Source: Chiloscyllium plagiosum (Eukaryota). From it: DNA of 37,711 nucleotides. Both the position numbers and the translations under genes were made by a program. Where the stretch lies: positions 54,103,189 through 54,140,899 of the forward strand of contig NC_057718.1 of NCBI RefSeq assembly GCF_004010195.1, read 5' to 3'. Below, piece by piece: positions 10,640 to 23,244 of the stretch (position 1 is the stretch's first letter; each line of letters begins with the position of its first letter). The notes below the pieces were generated by a model, which did no database searches, was not told the DNA's origin, and worked only from the letters and a program-made list of their open reading frames with translations.

Positions 10640-12590
10640 AAAAATATTCATTCATTTTTGTAGGATGTGAGCATCCCTGGCTGGGCCAGCATTTTTTGCC
10701 TGTCCCTAGTTGCCTTTGAGAAGGTGGTGGTGAGCTGCCTTCTTGAACTGCTGCAGTCCACCTGCTGTGTGTTCACCCATAGTGCCATTAGGGTGGGAAT
10801 TCCAGGATTTCAACCCAGCAACAGTGAAGGAACAGCGACACATTTCCAAGTCAGTACGGTGAATGGTTTGGAAGGGAACCTGAAGGTGATAGTGTTCCCA
10901 TATATCTGCTGCTCTTTTCCTTCCAAATGGAAGTGGTCATGGGTTTGGAAGGTACTGTCTGAGGACCTCTGATAAATTTTTGCAGTGTATCTTGTAGATA
11001 ATACACACTGCTGCTATTGAACGTTGGTGGTGGAGGGAGTGGATGCTTGTGGATGCAGAGCCAATCAAGCGGGCTGCATTGTCCTGGATGATGTCAAGCT
11101 TCTTGAGTGTTGTTGGGGCTGCATTCATCCAGGGAAGTGAGGATTTTCCCAACACACTCCTGACTTATGCCTTGGAGATGGCAGGCAGGCTTTGTGGAAT
11201 CAGGAGGCGTGGTATTCACCGCAGTATTCCTTGCCTCTGACCTGCTCTTGTAGCCACTGTGTTTATGTGGTGAGTCCAGTGGAGTTTCTGGTCAATAATA
11301 ACCCCCAGGATGTTGATAGTGGGGGATTCAATGATGATAACACCATTCAATGTCAAGGGGTGATGATTAGATTGTCTTTTATTGGTGCTGGTCATAGCCT
11401 GGCATCTGTAATGCTTGAATGTTACTTGCCACTGCCAAGCCTGGATATTGTCCAGATCTTGTTGCATTTGAACATGGACTACTTCAGTATCTGAGGAGTC
11501 ACAAAATGTACTGAACATTGTGCAATCATCAATGAACATCTCCACTTCTGACCTTATGGTGGAGGGAAGGACATTGATGAAGCAGCTGAAGATGGTTGGG
11601 CCTAGGTCACTACCCTGAGGGAATCGTGAAGAGATGGCCTGGAGCTGAGATAACTGACCTCGAACAACCATGACCATCTTCCTATGTGCCAGGCATGACT
11701 CCAACCACCAAAGAGTTTGCCAGCTGATACTTTTGATTCCAGTTTTGTGAGAGCTCCTTGATGGCACACCCAGCCGAGTGCAGGCCTGATGTCAAGGGCT
11801 GTCACTCCTTCTTCACCGCTGGAATTCAGCTCTTTTGACCATATTTGAACTGAGGCTGTAATGAGGTCAGGGGCTGATTGGGCCTGGTGGAACCCAAACT
11901 GGGCATTACTGAACAGGTTGATGCTGAGCTGGTGCTGAGGATAGCACTGTTGATGACACCTTCCACCACTTTACTGATGATTGAGAGTAGACTGATGGGG
12001 TGGTAATTGGCCAGGTTGGATTTGTCCTGCTTTTTACGTTCAGGACATACCTGGGCAATTTTTCACATTTTCGGATAAATATCAATGTTATCACTGTACT
12101 GGAACAGCTTGGCTCGGGGAACGGCAAGATCTGAAGCACAAGTCTTCAGTACCATTGCCAGAATGTTGTCAGGGCCCATAGCCTTTGCAGTATCCAATGT
12201 CTCCAACCGCTCCTTAATATCATGTAGAGCGAATTGAATTGGCTGAAGAGTGGCATCCGTAATGCTAGGCACCACAGGAGAAGGCTGAGATGGATCATCC
12301 ACTTGGCACTCCTGGCTGAAGTTTACTGCAAAAGCTTCAGCTTGATGTTTTGCACTGATGTGCCGAGCTCTTCTATTATTCAAGATGGGGATAGTTATGG
12401 AGTCTCCTCCTCCAGTGAATTTTTTAATTGTCCACAAACATTCATGACAGGATGTGGCAAGACTGCAGAATTTAGATCTGATCCATTGGTTGTGGGATGG
12501 CTTAGCTCTGTCTCTCACTTGCTGCTTATGCTGTTTGGCATACAAGTAGTCCTGTTTGGTGGCTTCACCAGGTTGACACCTCATCTTCAT
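10640..12590 (-). mobile_element. 5'-truncated CR1/L2-group LINE, family distinct from HER1 (decayed RT)
   Basis: Minus-strand pieces: KAMGPDNI...VLKTCA; TALDIRPALGWVCHQG (decayed LDxxxAFDxVxH); FPQGSDLGPTIFSCFIN...MFIDDC (RT motifs); ILGVIIDQKLHW; LDIIQDNAARLIG. Many frameshifts; 3' end near 10640. Confidence 0.9.
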
Positions 12591-12642
12591 ATAAATATAA
12601 AGCATCCGAGGTATAACAATAATATTAATTGATCTGAAAATT

Positions 12643-12805
12643 CATAGGGTCATAGAGCCATACAGCCTAGAATCAGGCCCTTTGGCCCACCATGTCTATC
12701 TTGACCAACAAATGCCAATCTATACGAATCCCATTGACCTGCACTTGGACCATAGCCTACAATGCTTTAACATTTTAAGTGCTCATCCAGACACTTATTA
12801 AATAT
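12643..12805 (-). mobile_element. CR1 3' end fragment
   Basis: catagggtcatagagccatacagcctagaatcaggccctttggcccacc... is an antisense CR1 tail. Confidence 0.7.
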
Positions 12806-12911
12806 AGAGTCTTTAACACAGATGTTTCTTTGATCTTTCTGAATGTAGACTGAAGAAATATTTGGTGAGACAAGAGAAAATTCATAAGCAATAGTTGAGC
12901 AAAAGCACGGA

Positions 12912-13197
12912 ATTACCCTCAGGTGACTATGTCGAGTTTGCACATTCTCCCCGTGGTTGTTGGAAATCTGGGTGCTTTGGTATCCTCCCATAGTTCAAAG
13001 ATGTGCATATTGGGTGGATTGGCCATACTAATTGACCATAGTGTCCAGGGATATTCAGGCTAGGTGGATTAGCCATGGGAAATACAGGGTCACAGGAATA
13101 TGGTGGTGGGAGTAGGTCTGGTTGGGATGCTGTTGGGAAGATTGGGTAGACTGGATGGGTCAAATGGCCTGCTTCTACACTGTAGGGTTCTATGATT
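12912..13197 (+). mobile_element. Older HE1/V-SINE copy
   Basis: gagtttgcacattctccccgtgg...aaagatgtgcatattgggtggattggccatactaattg...gatgggtcaaatggcctgcttctacactgtaggg. Confidence 0.8.
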
Positions 13198-13599
13198 GAA
13201 CACATCATGAAATAAAGACCACACTTGTTTTCCTCCACCATTGGGCCATTTTCCTCAACACAAACAAGACAGCTTCTAACTGTCGGTCATTGTTTCTAAA
13301 CCTTTAGTCAAAATAAATAGCATTACTTTTTCATTTAAAAACTTGACTGTTGCAACTTTAGTCAAACATTTCCACTTCACTGATTTTTAATTCAGTTTTA
13401 CATTTCCCTTGTATTCATTAGCAGTAAGGAACCAAAATGGATGCAAATTGTTTCTCAATTAATAAAACAATCAAATTGTTGATTGTTTCTGTCATCGAGA
13501 AGTATCAACTTTCAACATCATTTGATCATTTTTCATCTGCATAGAAATTTCACATAGAAACTAGTTATTTGGTCAAATCATTTCTGTTTTCATGCTTAC

Positions 13600-14045
13600 A
13601 CTTCCAGAGATAAATTGGCCCTATTCACATGTACCCACCCTGTCATGGTATCTTGCCCCCATTTTTTTTCATCCACCCAGTCAATCTCATCTTCAATGTC
13701 AAAATAGTTTCTCCTGACTATGAATAGTTTGTGAGGCATCTGATCCACTGCTTTATCAAACATAACCAAAAACAAGGGAAGAAGGGCAATTCTGGAATAA
13801 GTGTTTACATGTTCCATATCTTCTACGGGTAATTTACAAAAGGAAAAGAGTAAGTAAAGTGAGTGTTGGTGCCCTGAAGATTGAGAATGGGGAGTTAATA
13901 GTACATAGTGGATAAAATGAACATGTTTTCTTCTGACTTCATTATAATACATACAAATCAGAAGGTAGAAGGAGGAGAGGAACTTGGTGAAACTAGGGTA
14001 CCAAGTAAGGTAGGACACCCCACTGTCCATTACCAGGCTGCACAG
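13600..14045 (-). mobile_element. Very old CR1 RT fragment
   Basis: ORF 13596-14297 contains FDKAVDQMPHKL (decayed DFxKAFDxVPH) and WVHVN (near the SGVPQG region); the ORF is a chimera across several repeats. Confidence 0.5.
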
Positions 14046-14219
14046 GGAAATCTGCTGAGGTGGGCCTTTTCCATCACCAGATGAAGCCATTAATTGCCCA
14101 CTTGAGGGCGTTGATTGGTCCTCTGATATGGGCTTTGACAACACTATCCCGACTTCTGGTATAATTGTAGCAGGGGCAGGAGGGTATGTGGAAGTCAGGT
14201 TGGCCACTGCATTCAATAA

Positions 14220-14690
14220 TTTGATTTGATTTATTATTGTCACATGTACTGAGATACAGTGAAAAGTCTTGTATTGCATGCTCTCCAAACAAATCATACT
14301 TTACATAAGTACATCACGGTAATAAAACAGAATGCAGAATATAATGTTACAGCTACATAGAAGGTGCAGAGAAAGATCAATTCTAATGTATGATAACCAT
14401 GGGGAAGAAGCTGTTCTTAAATCTGTTGGAATGTGTTTTGAAACTTTTGTATTTTCTGCCTGATGGACATGAATATATCTGGAATGGGAGGGGTTTTTGA
14501 TCACACTGGCCAAGGCAACAGGAAGTATGGATGGAATCAATGGAAGGAAAGCTGGTTTCCACAATTCTTACAATCTTTTGCAGTCTTGGGAAGAGCAGTC
14601 GCGTACCAAGCTGTGATGTATTTGGATAGCATACCTTCTGAGAAAGTATAGGCATTGCTGTACTATAGGCATTTCTTGACTGTAGCATCC
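14220..14690 (-). mobile_element. Rex1/Babar-type LINE 3' fragment
   Basis: ORF 14383-14688 ends PSGRKYKSFKTHSNRFKNSFFP, the typical Rex1/Babar C-terminal motif; the tail reads acaataataaatcaaatcaa on the minus strand. Confidence 0.75.
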
Positions 14691-14918
14691 CCAGCCTTCA
14701 AAGCCACAGGAAGGGAACAGTAAATCTGGTCAAGAGGAGAAGTGATTGTACCACTTGAGATGGAATTAGACAACACAAATATGTTTTAAAGTACTGAATA
14801 AAATATATTGCTAATAATCATTTCCACATCATATGGAGATCTTGTGGCACTCGGGGCAGCATCTCAACATCTGAACCACTAGTTCTGTTCGAAAGTCCTA
14901 CTCCAGCACTTTTTATTT

Positions 14919-15228
14919 TGATTAGACTCCCTAGAGTGTGGAAACAGGCCCTTCGGCCCAACAAGTCCACACCGACCCTCCGAAGAGCAACCCACCCACA
15001 CACTTTCCCCTACGTTTACCCCTGACTAATGCACCTAACACAACGGGCAATTTAGCATGGCCAATTCACCTAACCTGCACATGTTTGGGAAACCGGAGCA
15101 CCTGGAGGAAACCCATGCAGACACAGGGAGAATGTGCAAACTCCACACAGAAAGTTGCCCAAGGCAGGAATTGAACCCGGGTCCCTGCCACTGAGGCAGC
15201 AGTACTAACCACTGAGCCAGCATGCCGC
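14919..15228 (-). mobile_element. HE1-type SINE, near full length
   Basis: Minus strand: A box TGGCTCAGTGG, B box GGTTCAATTCC, V-domain gtggagtttgcacattctccc..., CR1-like tail gggccgaagggcctgtttccacact. Confidence 0.92.
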
Positions 15229-15519
15229 ATGGAAGGTGTCATCATAACATAGCCAAAAATCTTCCTTCTAATATGCCCGTGTCAGGCGGTAAGAGACAGA
15301 TAATCTGTTGGTCAGACAGGTTTATCTCGAATGGTGCTCAAGTCGAGCTATGGTCTCTGATGAGCAACCTATTCCAGGATTTAAAAGCTATTAAAATAAG
15401 ATATTAAAATAAGATTTACAAGCTATTAAAATAAGTTGCAGGTTAAACTGATTGGAATTTTGGCAGTGTTCCTGAGCTTATTTAATAACGGAGCTATACC
15501 ATCAGAAATGTATACTTAT

Positions 15520-15612
15520 TAAGGATGATCAGCCATGATCATATTGAATGGTGGTACAGGTTTGTAGGGCAGAATGGCCTACTCCTGCACCTATTATCTA
15601 TTGTCTATTGTT
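15520..15612 (+). mobile_element. CR1 3' tail fragment
   Basis: gatcagccatgatcatattgaatggtgg...gggcagaatggcctactcctgcaccta followed by (TCTATTG)n; matches the reverse complement of 36790-36860. Confidence 0.75.
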
Positions 15613-16314
15613 TCAAGTTCAGTTGACACTTGGTCTGGTCTCATCCCAGCAGTCTATACAGAATCCAATCCTCTATGGCACTTTCGCTACTACAACACTC
15701 GCTGCATTCTGCTCTTTTATGGAATTATTTATTCGGTGCCTCAACCATACTGTCTGCCTTCACAGAGATATACTTGTTGTTTGACCCTAACAGCCTCTTA
15801 ATTGAGATATGTGAATGACGTTATAGTTATGGTGATACTGAACAAAATTCATGAAGTCTCCAAGACACAAATTGTAACAAATAGCAAAAGTATAGAATAT
15901 TGTTAAACTACAGCAAAATGCTATGCATAAGAATGTCAAAGAAAAGATTATAATGAGATACAAAAATAAAACTAAGAATAATTTTCATCTCTGGGCATCT
16001 GATAGGGAAAGTGATTAAGATATCAAGAAGTGCATACATTGGAAAACAAAAAAAAATCACTTAAAAGACCTATTTAGAAATAAGAACATCTCTAAAAAGT
16101 AGAATGAATTGTGTAAAATGTTCTATTTGGTCAACATTCCTACCTGCATGTGGAAGCATGATGGCGGAAGATAAAATAAAGACAGCAGAGATGGAGTTTA
16201 ATCTTCTCTTTCTTTGGCTGTATCAGTTGAGTAGAGTATTTTGGAGGGTTTTGCACTGAGAGGCCTAGTGAGGTTTCTCACCCTATCTTACCAAATGTAT
16301 TAACTACCCATTGC

Positions 16315-16440
16315 AAAGGGTCACTGGACTTGAAACATTAATTCTGCTTTTCTCTCCACAGCTGCTGCCAGACCTGCTGAGTTTCTCCGGTACTTTTGAT
16401 TTTGGTTTAGATTTCAGCATCTGTGGTTATTTGCTTTGTT
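16315..16440 (+). mobile_element. Penelope-like terminal fragment
   Basis: aagggtcactggacttgaaacattaattctgcttttctctccacagctgctgccagacctgctgagtttctcc. Confidence 0.7.
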
Positions 16441-17019
16441 AACTACTTACCCTGCTGTATAGCAACCCTGTCATCTGATTCCTCCCAATCTTACTACATG
16501 CTATTCTCAGTATGAGTCAGCGTTCATGAGAGATGGTATCTGTGCCAGGAATGTCTGTGTCTTTAAAAGGATAATGTGCACCCAAACAAATCTTGGCAAT
16601 CTGCTGGTGTCACTGACCGGTAACATAATGGCACAGTAACCACACTGCTCACAACACTTCCTCTAGCATCCAACCCCATTCTCTCACCATCACTGCAGTT
16701 AAGCCACCAAGCCACAAATTTTACCTGTTCATAGTACATCCCATCTAAATATCTGTCTAAGTCACTGCTATTTCTTTCCCAATGCCCTCTGGAGACCCAC
16801 AGTCTGGCATTGTCCAATAGGGCAATGTCACATACAGTCATAAAATCAGACAATTCCAAATGTGTGCTTTTATTTACAGTCATCAGTACTGAAAAGCAAA
16901 CAGAAACAAAGTGAATAAAGATTGCAGTTTGCTTCCACACTGCAAACCAAATGCTGGTATTATGACCAGTTAGTATTTTACATTCCATGATGATCTACTG
17001 TGCCTGTCTCCCATCGACT

Positions 17020-17370
17020 GAAACTGGAGGGTCAATCAGGTCCTGACCAGCTTGTACTGCCCAACACAGCTGACCTCTGTCATGGACAAGGAGAGCTTCT
17101 TCCTCCACAATGTCCTCATCCTTCTCTTTGAAAGACTGCTCCCAGTTCCTCAGTATTCAACACATTGCCTTGTTGTCTACTCCAATGTTGCTGAGCACAG
17201 CACACCACGATAATGCAGCACACTCTGCCTGGACTATAGTGGAAGGTTCCCCCAAACCACTCCAAGCTGTGGGACCACATCTTCAGAAGCCCTATTGTCT
17301 GCTCCATCACGGTCCCGGTCTCAGCATGTGTACCAACTTGGTGAAGGTGCCACAGGAGCTGAGAGACCAA
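17020..17370 (-). pseudogene. PIF/Harbinger (HARBI1-like, DDE_Tnp_4) transposase C-terminal remnant
   Basis: HAETGTVMEQTIGLLKMWSHSLEWFGGTFHYSPGRVCCIIVVCCAQQH matches the Harbinger pattern HxxTRxxIExxIGxLKxRFxCLxxSGGxLxYxPxxVxxIIxxCCxLHN; after a frameshift comes an acidic tail (DEDIVEEE...QDLI). Confidence 0.85.
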
Positions 17371-18304
17371 TGCATTACATCAAAATGGGAGTGCATGCTG
17401 AGCTCCGACCACCTTCCCATTCCAGACCTACATGGACCATCAGTCTATCACCATACATGAGATATAATGAAACAATGGTCCCAGGGTCCCATAGCACTAT
17501 TAGAAGTTTCGCAAGTAATGGCTCGCATTTGGCCCGCATTTGCCTCTTTTTTTTAAGCCACTGCTGCTAACTCCTGCAGCATTGAGATGTTAGATGTACA
17601 ATGGCATGGTGAAATCACTTTTGAATAGCATTTAAACCCTAATGCATTGATGTTAAACCACAACATGCATGCAGAATCAATGCACTAGCAGGACAGGGCA
17701 TGGATACAGCAAGCATGCAGGTAGGTACTATGTGAAGGAGTGCTAAGAGATTAAGTGAGCAGCTCTGAGATGCAGCTTGATCCAATCTGTGAGCTGGGTG
17801 CTTGGCGCTGGACACATTGTGTCCTTGTAGCAGCCTGTTAATGTTAGTTGCCTGTGAGCCATGCAATGCAGATCTGTACTTACTAACTGTCTTCAAAGTG
17901 GATCACAGAGGGCTATGAGGATCCTGATGTATTGGCAAATCTCAGATGACTGTGATCATGGGCAAGGGATACAAATGGCTGGTGCCCATAGACATGCCAT
18001 GACATGCTATTTCTTGGTAAGCAACATAGATGTTCTTCATAGCCAGAAATGGACTGAAGTCACCAGGGATTCATTCTGACCTCTCCGTGGAAAAACTTTC
18101 AGCGTCTAGTTGTTCACAAGTTTGGTAAGATAGAAAGCTACATATTAATGAGGCAAGACGTGCTGTTAGTAAAGCGTTTAACAAGCAAGAATCACCATTA
18201 ATCAGCAACTCATTGGAACCTGATGAGAACTTAAACTTGACACCTGGCAGATATATGAAACTTGCAACAGGTTGCTCCCAGCATTGAGGAAGCCTTGTCA
18301 GATT

Positions 18305-18617
18305 TTAGATTAGATTACTTACAGTATGGAAACAGGCCCTTCAACTCAACAAGTCCACACCGACCCACTGAAGCGCAACCCACCCAGACCCATTCCCTTA
18401 CATTTACCCCTTCACCTAACATTACGAGCAATTTAGCATGGCCAATTCACCTAACCTGCACATCTTTGGATTGTGGGAGGAAACCGGAGCACCTGGAGGA
18501 AACCCACGCAGACACAGGGAGAATGTGCAAACTCCACACAGTCAGTCACCTGAGGCGGGCACTGAACCCGGTCTCTGGCGCTGTGAGGCAGCAGTGCTAA
18601 CCACTGTGCCACCGTGC
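18305..18617 (-). mobile_element. HE1-type SINE, full length
   Basis: Minus strand starts gcacggtggcacagtggttagcactgctgcctcacagcgcc (A box), then V-domain, CR1-like tail and (TAATC)n. Confidence 0.95.
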
Positions 18618-21600
18618 TTCCCACAGTTTCTCATGGGATTCTGCCATAAATCTCACGACAGCCCACATCGCTCAGGCCCCTGTAAGATTCCGCCTGTGGA
18701 ATTCAGCTCATTTCTGAGAGATAGGATGTGGATTAATCACATAGTCGACACAACAATATGAGGAAAGTTTAAGGAATGCAGGCAGGAAGAACCTTTGCAA
18801 ATAATCACCAATGGATAAGGACAATTCTTTGTGTACATACTTAGGAGAGAGAAACTGGAAGTGACGGGTAAAACTGAGTTTAGTGCAGTAAGAGGAAGAA
18901 AAAGGTGGAAATACACCAATAGCTTAAGGAACATAGCAAGAGTAAGATTTGAGAACAATATATTTGCTGTTATCTGGGACCATGAAAACAGGGGAACCAA
19001 GATCATCAATGTTGTAAATTATGGCAATAACAGAAGAAGAAGTGGCCCCAATATTTTTAAAGTATCCATTTACTTCTAATATTTTTATGTAAGAATTTTG
19101 GGTTAACCTTTATGTTACTAAGCTTTCCTGAATCTCTCTCCTTGCATTTCTTCTATCCATTTTCAGGACTATCCATTTTCTTCTGTCTATTTTTTGCCCT
19201 TCCACTGTCTTATTCTGTGCCTGACATTTCTCAAAAATTTTTTTTTTCTCTCCTTTGTTCTCACCTCTGTTTTCTTAATCATGGAGTTTTCTTAATCCTG
19301 GACCTGACAGTTTCCCAAACCCATGGAACGCCTACCCAGTGGCAACAGCTGCCAATAGCTGCCAGACTGCCAATGGAGAGTGCTCACCTGATTGTCAGTG
19401 TTATGTTGTTTCATGGCCGTAATGTTAGTAAACCTTTAAGAGAAGTGTTCAGACTCCATGCTTGAAGCATGACCCACTAATGGAAGCATGTTATTCTTCG
19501 TAATCAAATAGCTTAATGTTAGCCCAAGCAAATAATTGATCATGAATGTAATATTTGTTTTCACTAGTAAGCTGTAATAGATACTTGCGGGTCTTTAGAT
19601 ATCACATTATTCACATTCTAGTTCCTGATATTATAAGGCTCACATAACGATCGCTGCATCAGGTGCAGATACCTTGCTGAAGTCAAAGCACTCATCAGCC
19701 AGGCACACACAACCCTACCTTCTCTTTGACAGCACCTTCAAATGAAGTGCACTCTCCGTCACACTGTAACTTTTCACAGCAGACTTCTCCACCATTGACA
19801 CTGCTGTGATTTTCGAATCACCAACTCTCAAATTGGCCTAGTAGTCCTCAGATTTCTGTCTGAGACAATCATCCTACCCACTACATTCATAAATAGCTGC
19901 TAGCTGTAAAATACCATCTCATGTTCCAACACCTTCCAGTGAGTGGTCAGATCCCAGCTCGAGACTCAGTTACATAATTGGGACCCAATTGGTATTTTAA
20001 CTGTATAATTGAATGGGGAAGCTATCAATTCAACATGGGGAAAAAGGGCCAGAAGTGACCAAAAAAGATGTAAGAGCAGAAGGTCCAAAAGGAGCAGGAG
20101 TGTTTCTCTTGGACATTCAGAATGATTAACCTTTGTCTCGGTCAGAGTCTGCCTGCCCAGATCTCCCTACTTATAACTTACCTGAGTGTCAGCACTTTTA
20201 CTTTGGTTCCTGGTAACAGCCTTCCATCACTTGTTATTGCATTCCATCACAACAGCCAGCTGCAGAGCCTTCGTGGTTCAGGGTGCAAAACACAGCAGTG
20301 CAGATGAGGCCGGGGCAAAGTTACAAGTGTTTACATCATCAATTGACTCCAGACATGAGGTGTAGCCATTTGTATATCAATTGCCGTGCTGATTGAACAA
20401 GAATATGCAAATAATCCTGTATGTATACTTCAACATATCATTTCCAGTCTATTTGAATGGAAATAGTAGGTCATTTTAGGCGATAACTATTTGCAAAAAG
20501 ACAGACTCATCCAAATCGAAAGTGATCAAGCTATGTTATAATGAACTTGAAATAATCCATTTGAGACATCTCAGGATCCGTATGATATTTGAAAGGACGT
20601 ATTTATAATTTAGAATGACTTGAGATTTCCTCTGCTAATTATTAGAAGCATTTTAAAGTACAGCTGCCAAGCTATTAAAAATGAACCACAATTAATCCCT
20701 TAACTAATCATTTTAATCTTGCCTTTGAGTGCATACTTAATTGATACAGTTGTGGCACCTATTTTATGATTGTTTTTTTATGCTACTATCATCATCATCC
20801 AATAAAACAAAGCAAAAGAATTGAGATAATTTTATCTGTTTTCAGTTAACGTGTTGTGACACAGAGAAAATCAGTTACAATAAAACAAACTCTATTAGCA
20901 GACTCAGAATAGATGCAATATTAGATCCTAAGCTATTAAAGGAATGCAATTATGTGAGGAAATACAAGTTTTACCCATCTTCTCCTAGTGTAAATATTTT
21001 TTTAAATATATAGCATATTGTTTTATTCTGTTTTCTCCTTAGTTTTTGAAGTGAACTCGATTTCCTTTATTTCTATTCTTTAGGTGCCCTTCTCAAGTCC
21101 ATTGAGGTGTAAAGCAAATGTCTAAAAATCCCTGAATGTTCATTAGGTACCCATGATATCCTGTCATAACATTGGGAGAAAATTAATAACAAGTCTGCGA
21201 ATTGATGTAAGCAGTTGTTTATTCTGGCTGTAATTTTCCATGACATATCTCTGCTCTCTGCAGTTAACTTCATCATACATACACAAGGGATCCCATTTCA
21301 ACAACAAAACAGGACCAGCTTCAAGGAAATTCATGGCCATTGCTCCTTTAGAGGATCCAGTGATCACCTGCCAAACAACTCACAGAGAAATGATTGTTAA
21401 TTACACTAAAGAAGTCTCATTTATGTGAAATCTTATCCTCCAATTCTTACATTGGGGATGCCAGAAAACAGCTGCAAATGATCCTTCCAACAAGTTACAA
21501 CAGATATAATTAAAATTTGTGCATAGAGAATTGATAAAAAAAGTCCCTTTTTTCAAAAATTAGAAAGATTTCCACTGAGATTCACAACACTTTGCTGTCT

Positions 21601-22309
21601 TAACATATCAATGTCTTTTTGCGCTGTGAATTGAAGTCAGATTACAATCTTATACCAAGAATACTGCAATTGCAGTACCTCTCACAACATAAAACGTCAA
21701 ACAAATCTTAGACAAGTAGGTTTGTGTCAAGTTAATTCTTGTTAGTAAGCTTTTTTCTTTTACTTTGTTGCCATTAAACTGGATATTTAAGAGATTTCAA
21801 CATTTCTAAATGTTTATTTTACATTCAAGCATTGAAATTAGCTGAAGTTTCAGACTTTTGAGAGTATGGAATAGCATTTGAAGTAACACCTTGGATTTGC
21901 TTCCTTCTTCATTACAATTCACCATGTTGAGAACTCATGTTAAACAAATAAACATCATATTATTGACACTGGAAATAAAGGGACTTGAGTTTGGTATAGC
22001 CTAATCTGTAATTATTGGTGATTATGAACCCTTCTAAATTCTCTTCCCCTTCCCAAGCCCAAATTCCTTTATGCAGTCTATTCCCAGCAGGTGCCCTATG
22101 CCTTGAACCAGCTACGATGGCTCCTTGCATTCTGAATGTCAACTGATCCAGTCTGCACCAGAGAACAAATAAACTATAGGTTAAAAATGAACATTATACA
22201 TTACCTGTGAAAACATACCACTGCTGAGTTAATCTATTAACGAGTCTTGGAGTTCAGGCCATTTGTGAACTGTGAAGTGAAGTTTTTGTTTTGATTGATT
22301 CATGTACGA

Positions 22310-22830
22310 GTTAGGAGTAGATGTAGCCATTTTGACCCCTCACGCCTGCTCACAATTCAATAAGATCAATAAACTAAACCAAGTGTAACATCAACTGCAC
22401 ATTTCCAGAAACCTGATAACCTTACATAATGAGAATCTATCTGAGCTCTTGTGATACAGTGGTAGTGTCCAGGTTCAAGTCCCACCTGGCCCAGAAATAT
22501 GTAATAATGTGATTATAAAACATAAAAAAAGAAAATCTATCCACCATTACCTTATTAATCATCAAAGACTCTACTTCCATTAACCCTTTGAGGAACAGAA
22601 TTGCAAAGACTCACAACCTTCAGGAAAAAAAAAACCTCACCTTTGCCTTAAAATTCTTGATTTTTAAAATCAATAATGTACATAGGACTCCAGATGTGGT
22701 CTCACTAGTGTACTATGCAGCTGAAGAATGACCTCTCCACTTTTGTATTCAATTCCCACAGTAAATTGCAGCATCCTATTGGCCTTCCTAATTATCTACT
22801 AAACCTGTTTGTATGAGATTTTGCGAGGTT
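22310..22830 (-). mobile_element. Old CR1 3' fragment
   Basis: ttaggagtagatgtagccattttgacccctcacgcctgctcacaattcaataagatc...gactccagatgtggtctcactagtg. Confidence 0.7.
22442..22530 (+). mobile_element. Short tRNA-derived SINE nested in CR1, with TSD
   Basis: gctcttgtgatacagtggtagtgtcc-aggttcaagtcccacc (A/B-box-like) with an A-rich tail, flanked by gagaatctatc (22431-22441) and gaaaatctatc (22531-22541). Confidence 0.65.
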
Positions 22831-23244
22831 TTAATAAATGTTTTTTATTCCTCAATTCTTTATATTTATTTGGACCTTTTGTTTTGATACTGTAGAGCCA
22901 AAGTCAGATTGACACTTTGATAGGATGGCAAAAGCAATTCATTTTCAAACATTATTTCTGAATATTTTTGTTTAAAGTGTAGTTTTAGACTTGCCATTGT
23001 TGTTATGATGCTCATTAGTTCTGAAGTACTTAAAGAGTGAATGTGCCAAGAAGATGCAGGATGCCCTGGGGAGGATATGAGGCTGCATGGAGGTGGAATG
23101 AGAGACATGAAAGTAATATGGGACATGGTGGTGATATGGAAGTGAATGGGAAGTGTTGGGGTCTAACATGTAGGCACCCGTGGGCCTAAAAGTCTTCAAT
23201 GCAACTAATACAAAATCCCAGAGAACAGAGGTGAGCATTGTCAC

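Noticed and set aside
13596..14297. 233-aa ORF as a real gene
   Set aside because: It starts in a Rex1-type 3'UTR and runs through unrelated repeat debris into a decayed CR1 RT; no coherent domain.
14938..15223. Recurrent peptide GNLAWPIHLTCT (also at 2947, 18262 and 23186) suggesting a gene family
   Set aside because: It is the antisense reading of HE1 SINE copies.
15548..15818. Three overlapping plus-strand ORFs
   Set aside because: They are short, partly start in a CR1 tail and show no protein-family signal.
16563..16988. 141-aa ORF as a host exon
   Set aside because: No recognisable domain; it lies downstream of the Harbinger transposase remnant within the putative element.
18540..18617. 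tRNA gene
   Set aside because: The A/B boxes belong to a tRNA-derived SINE head that continues into the V-domain and a LINE tail.
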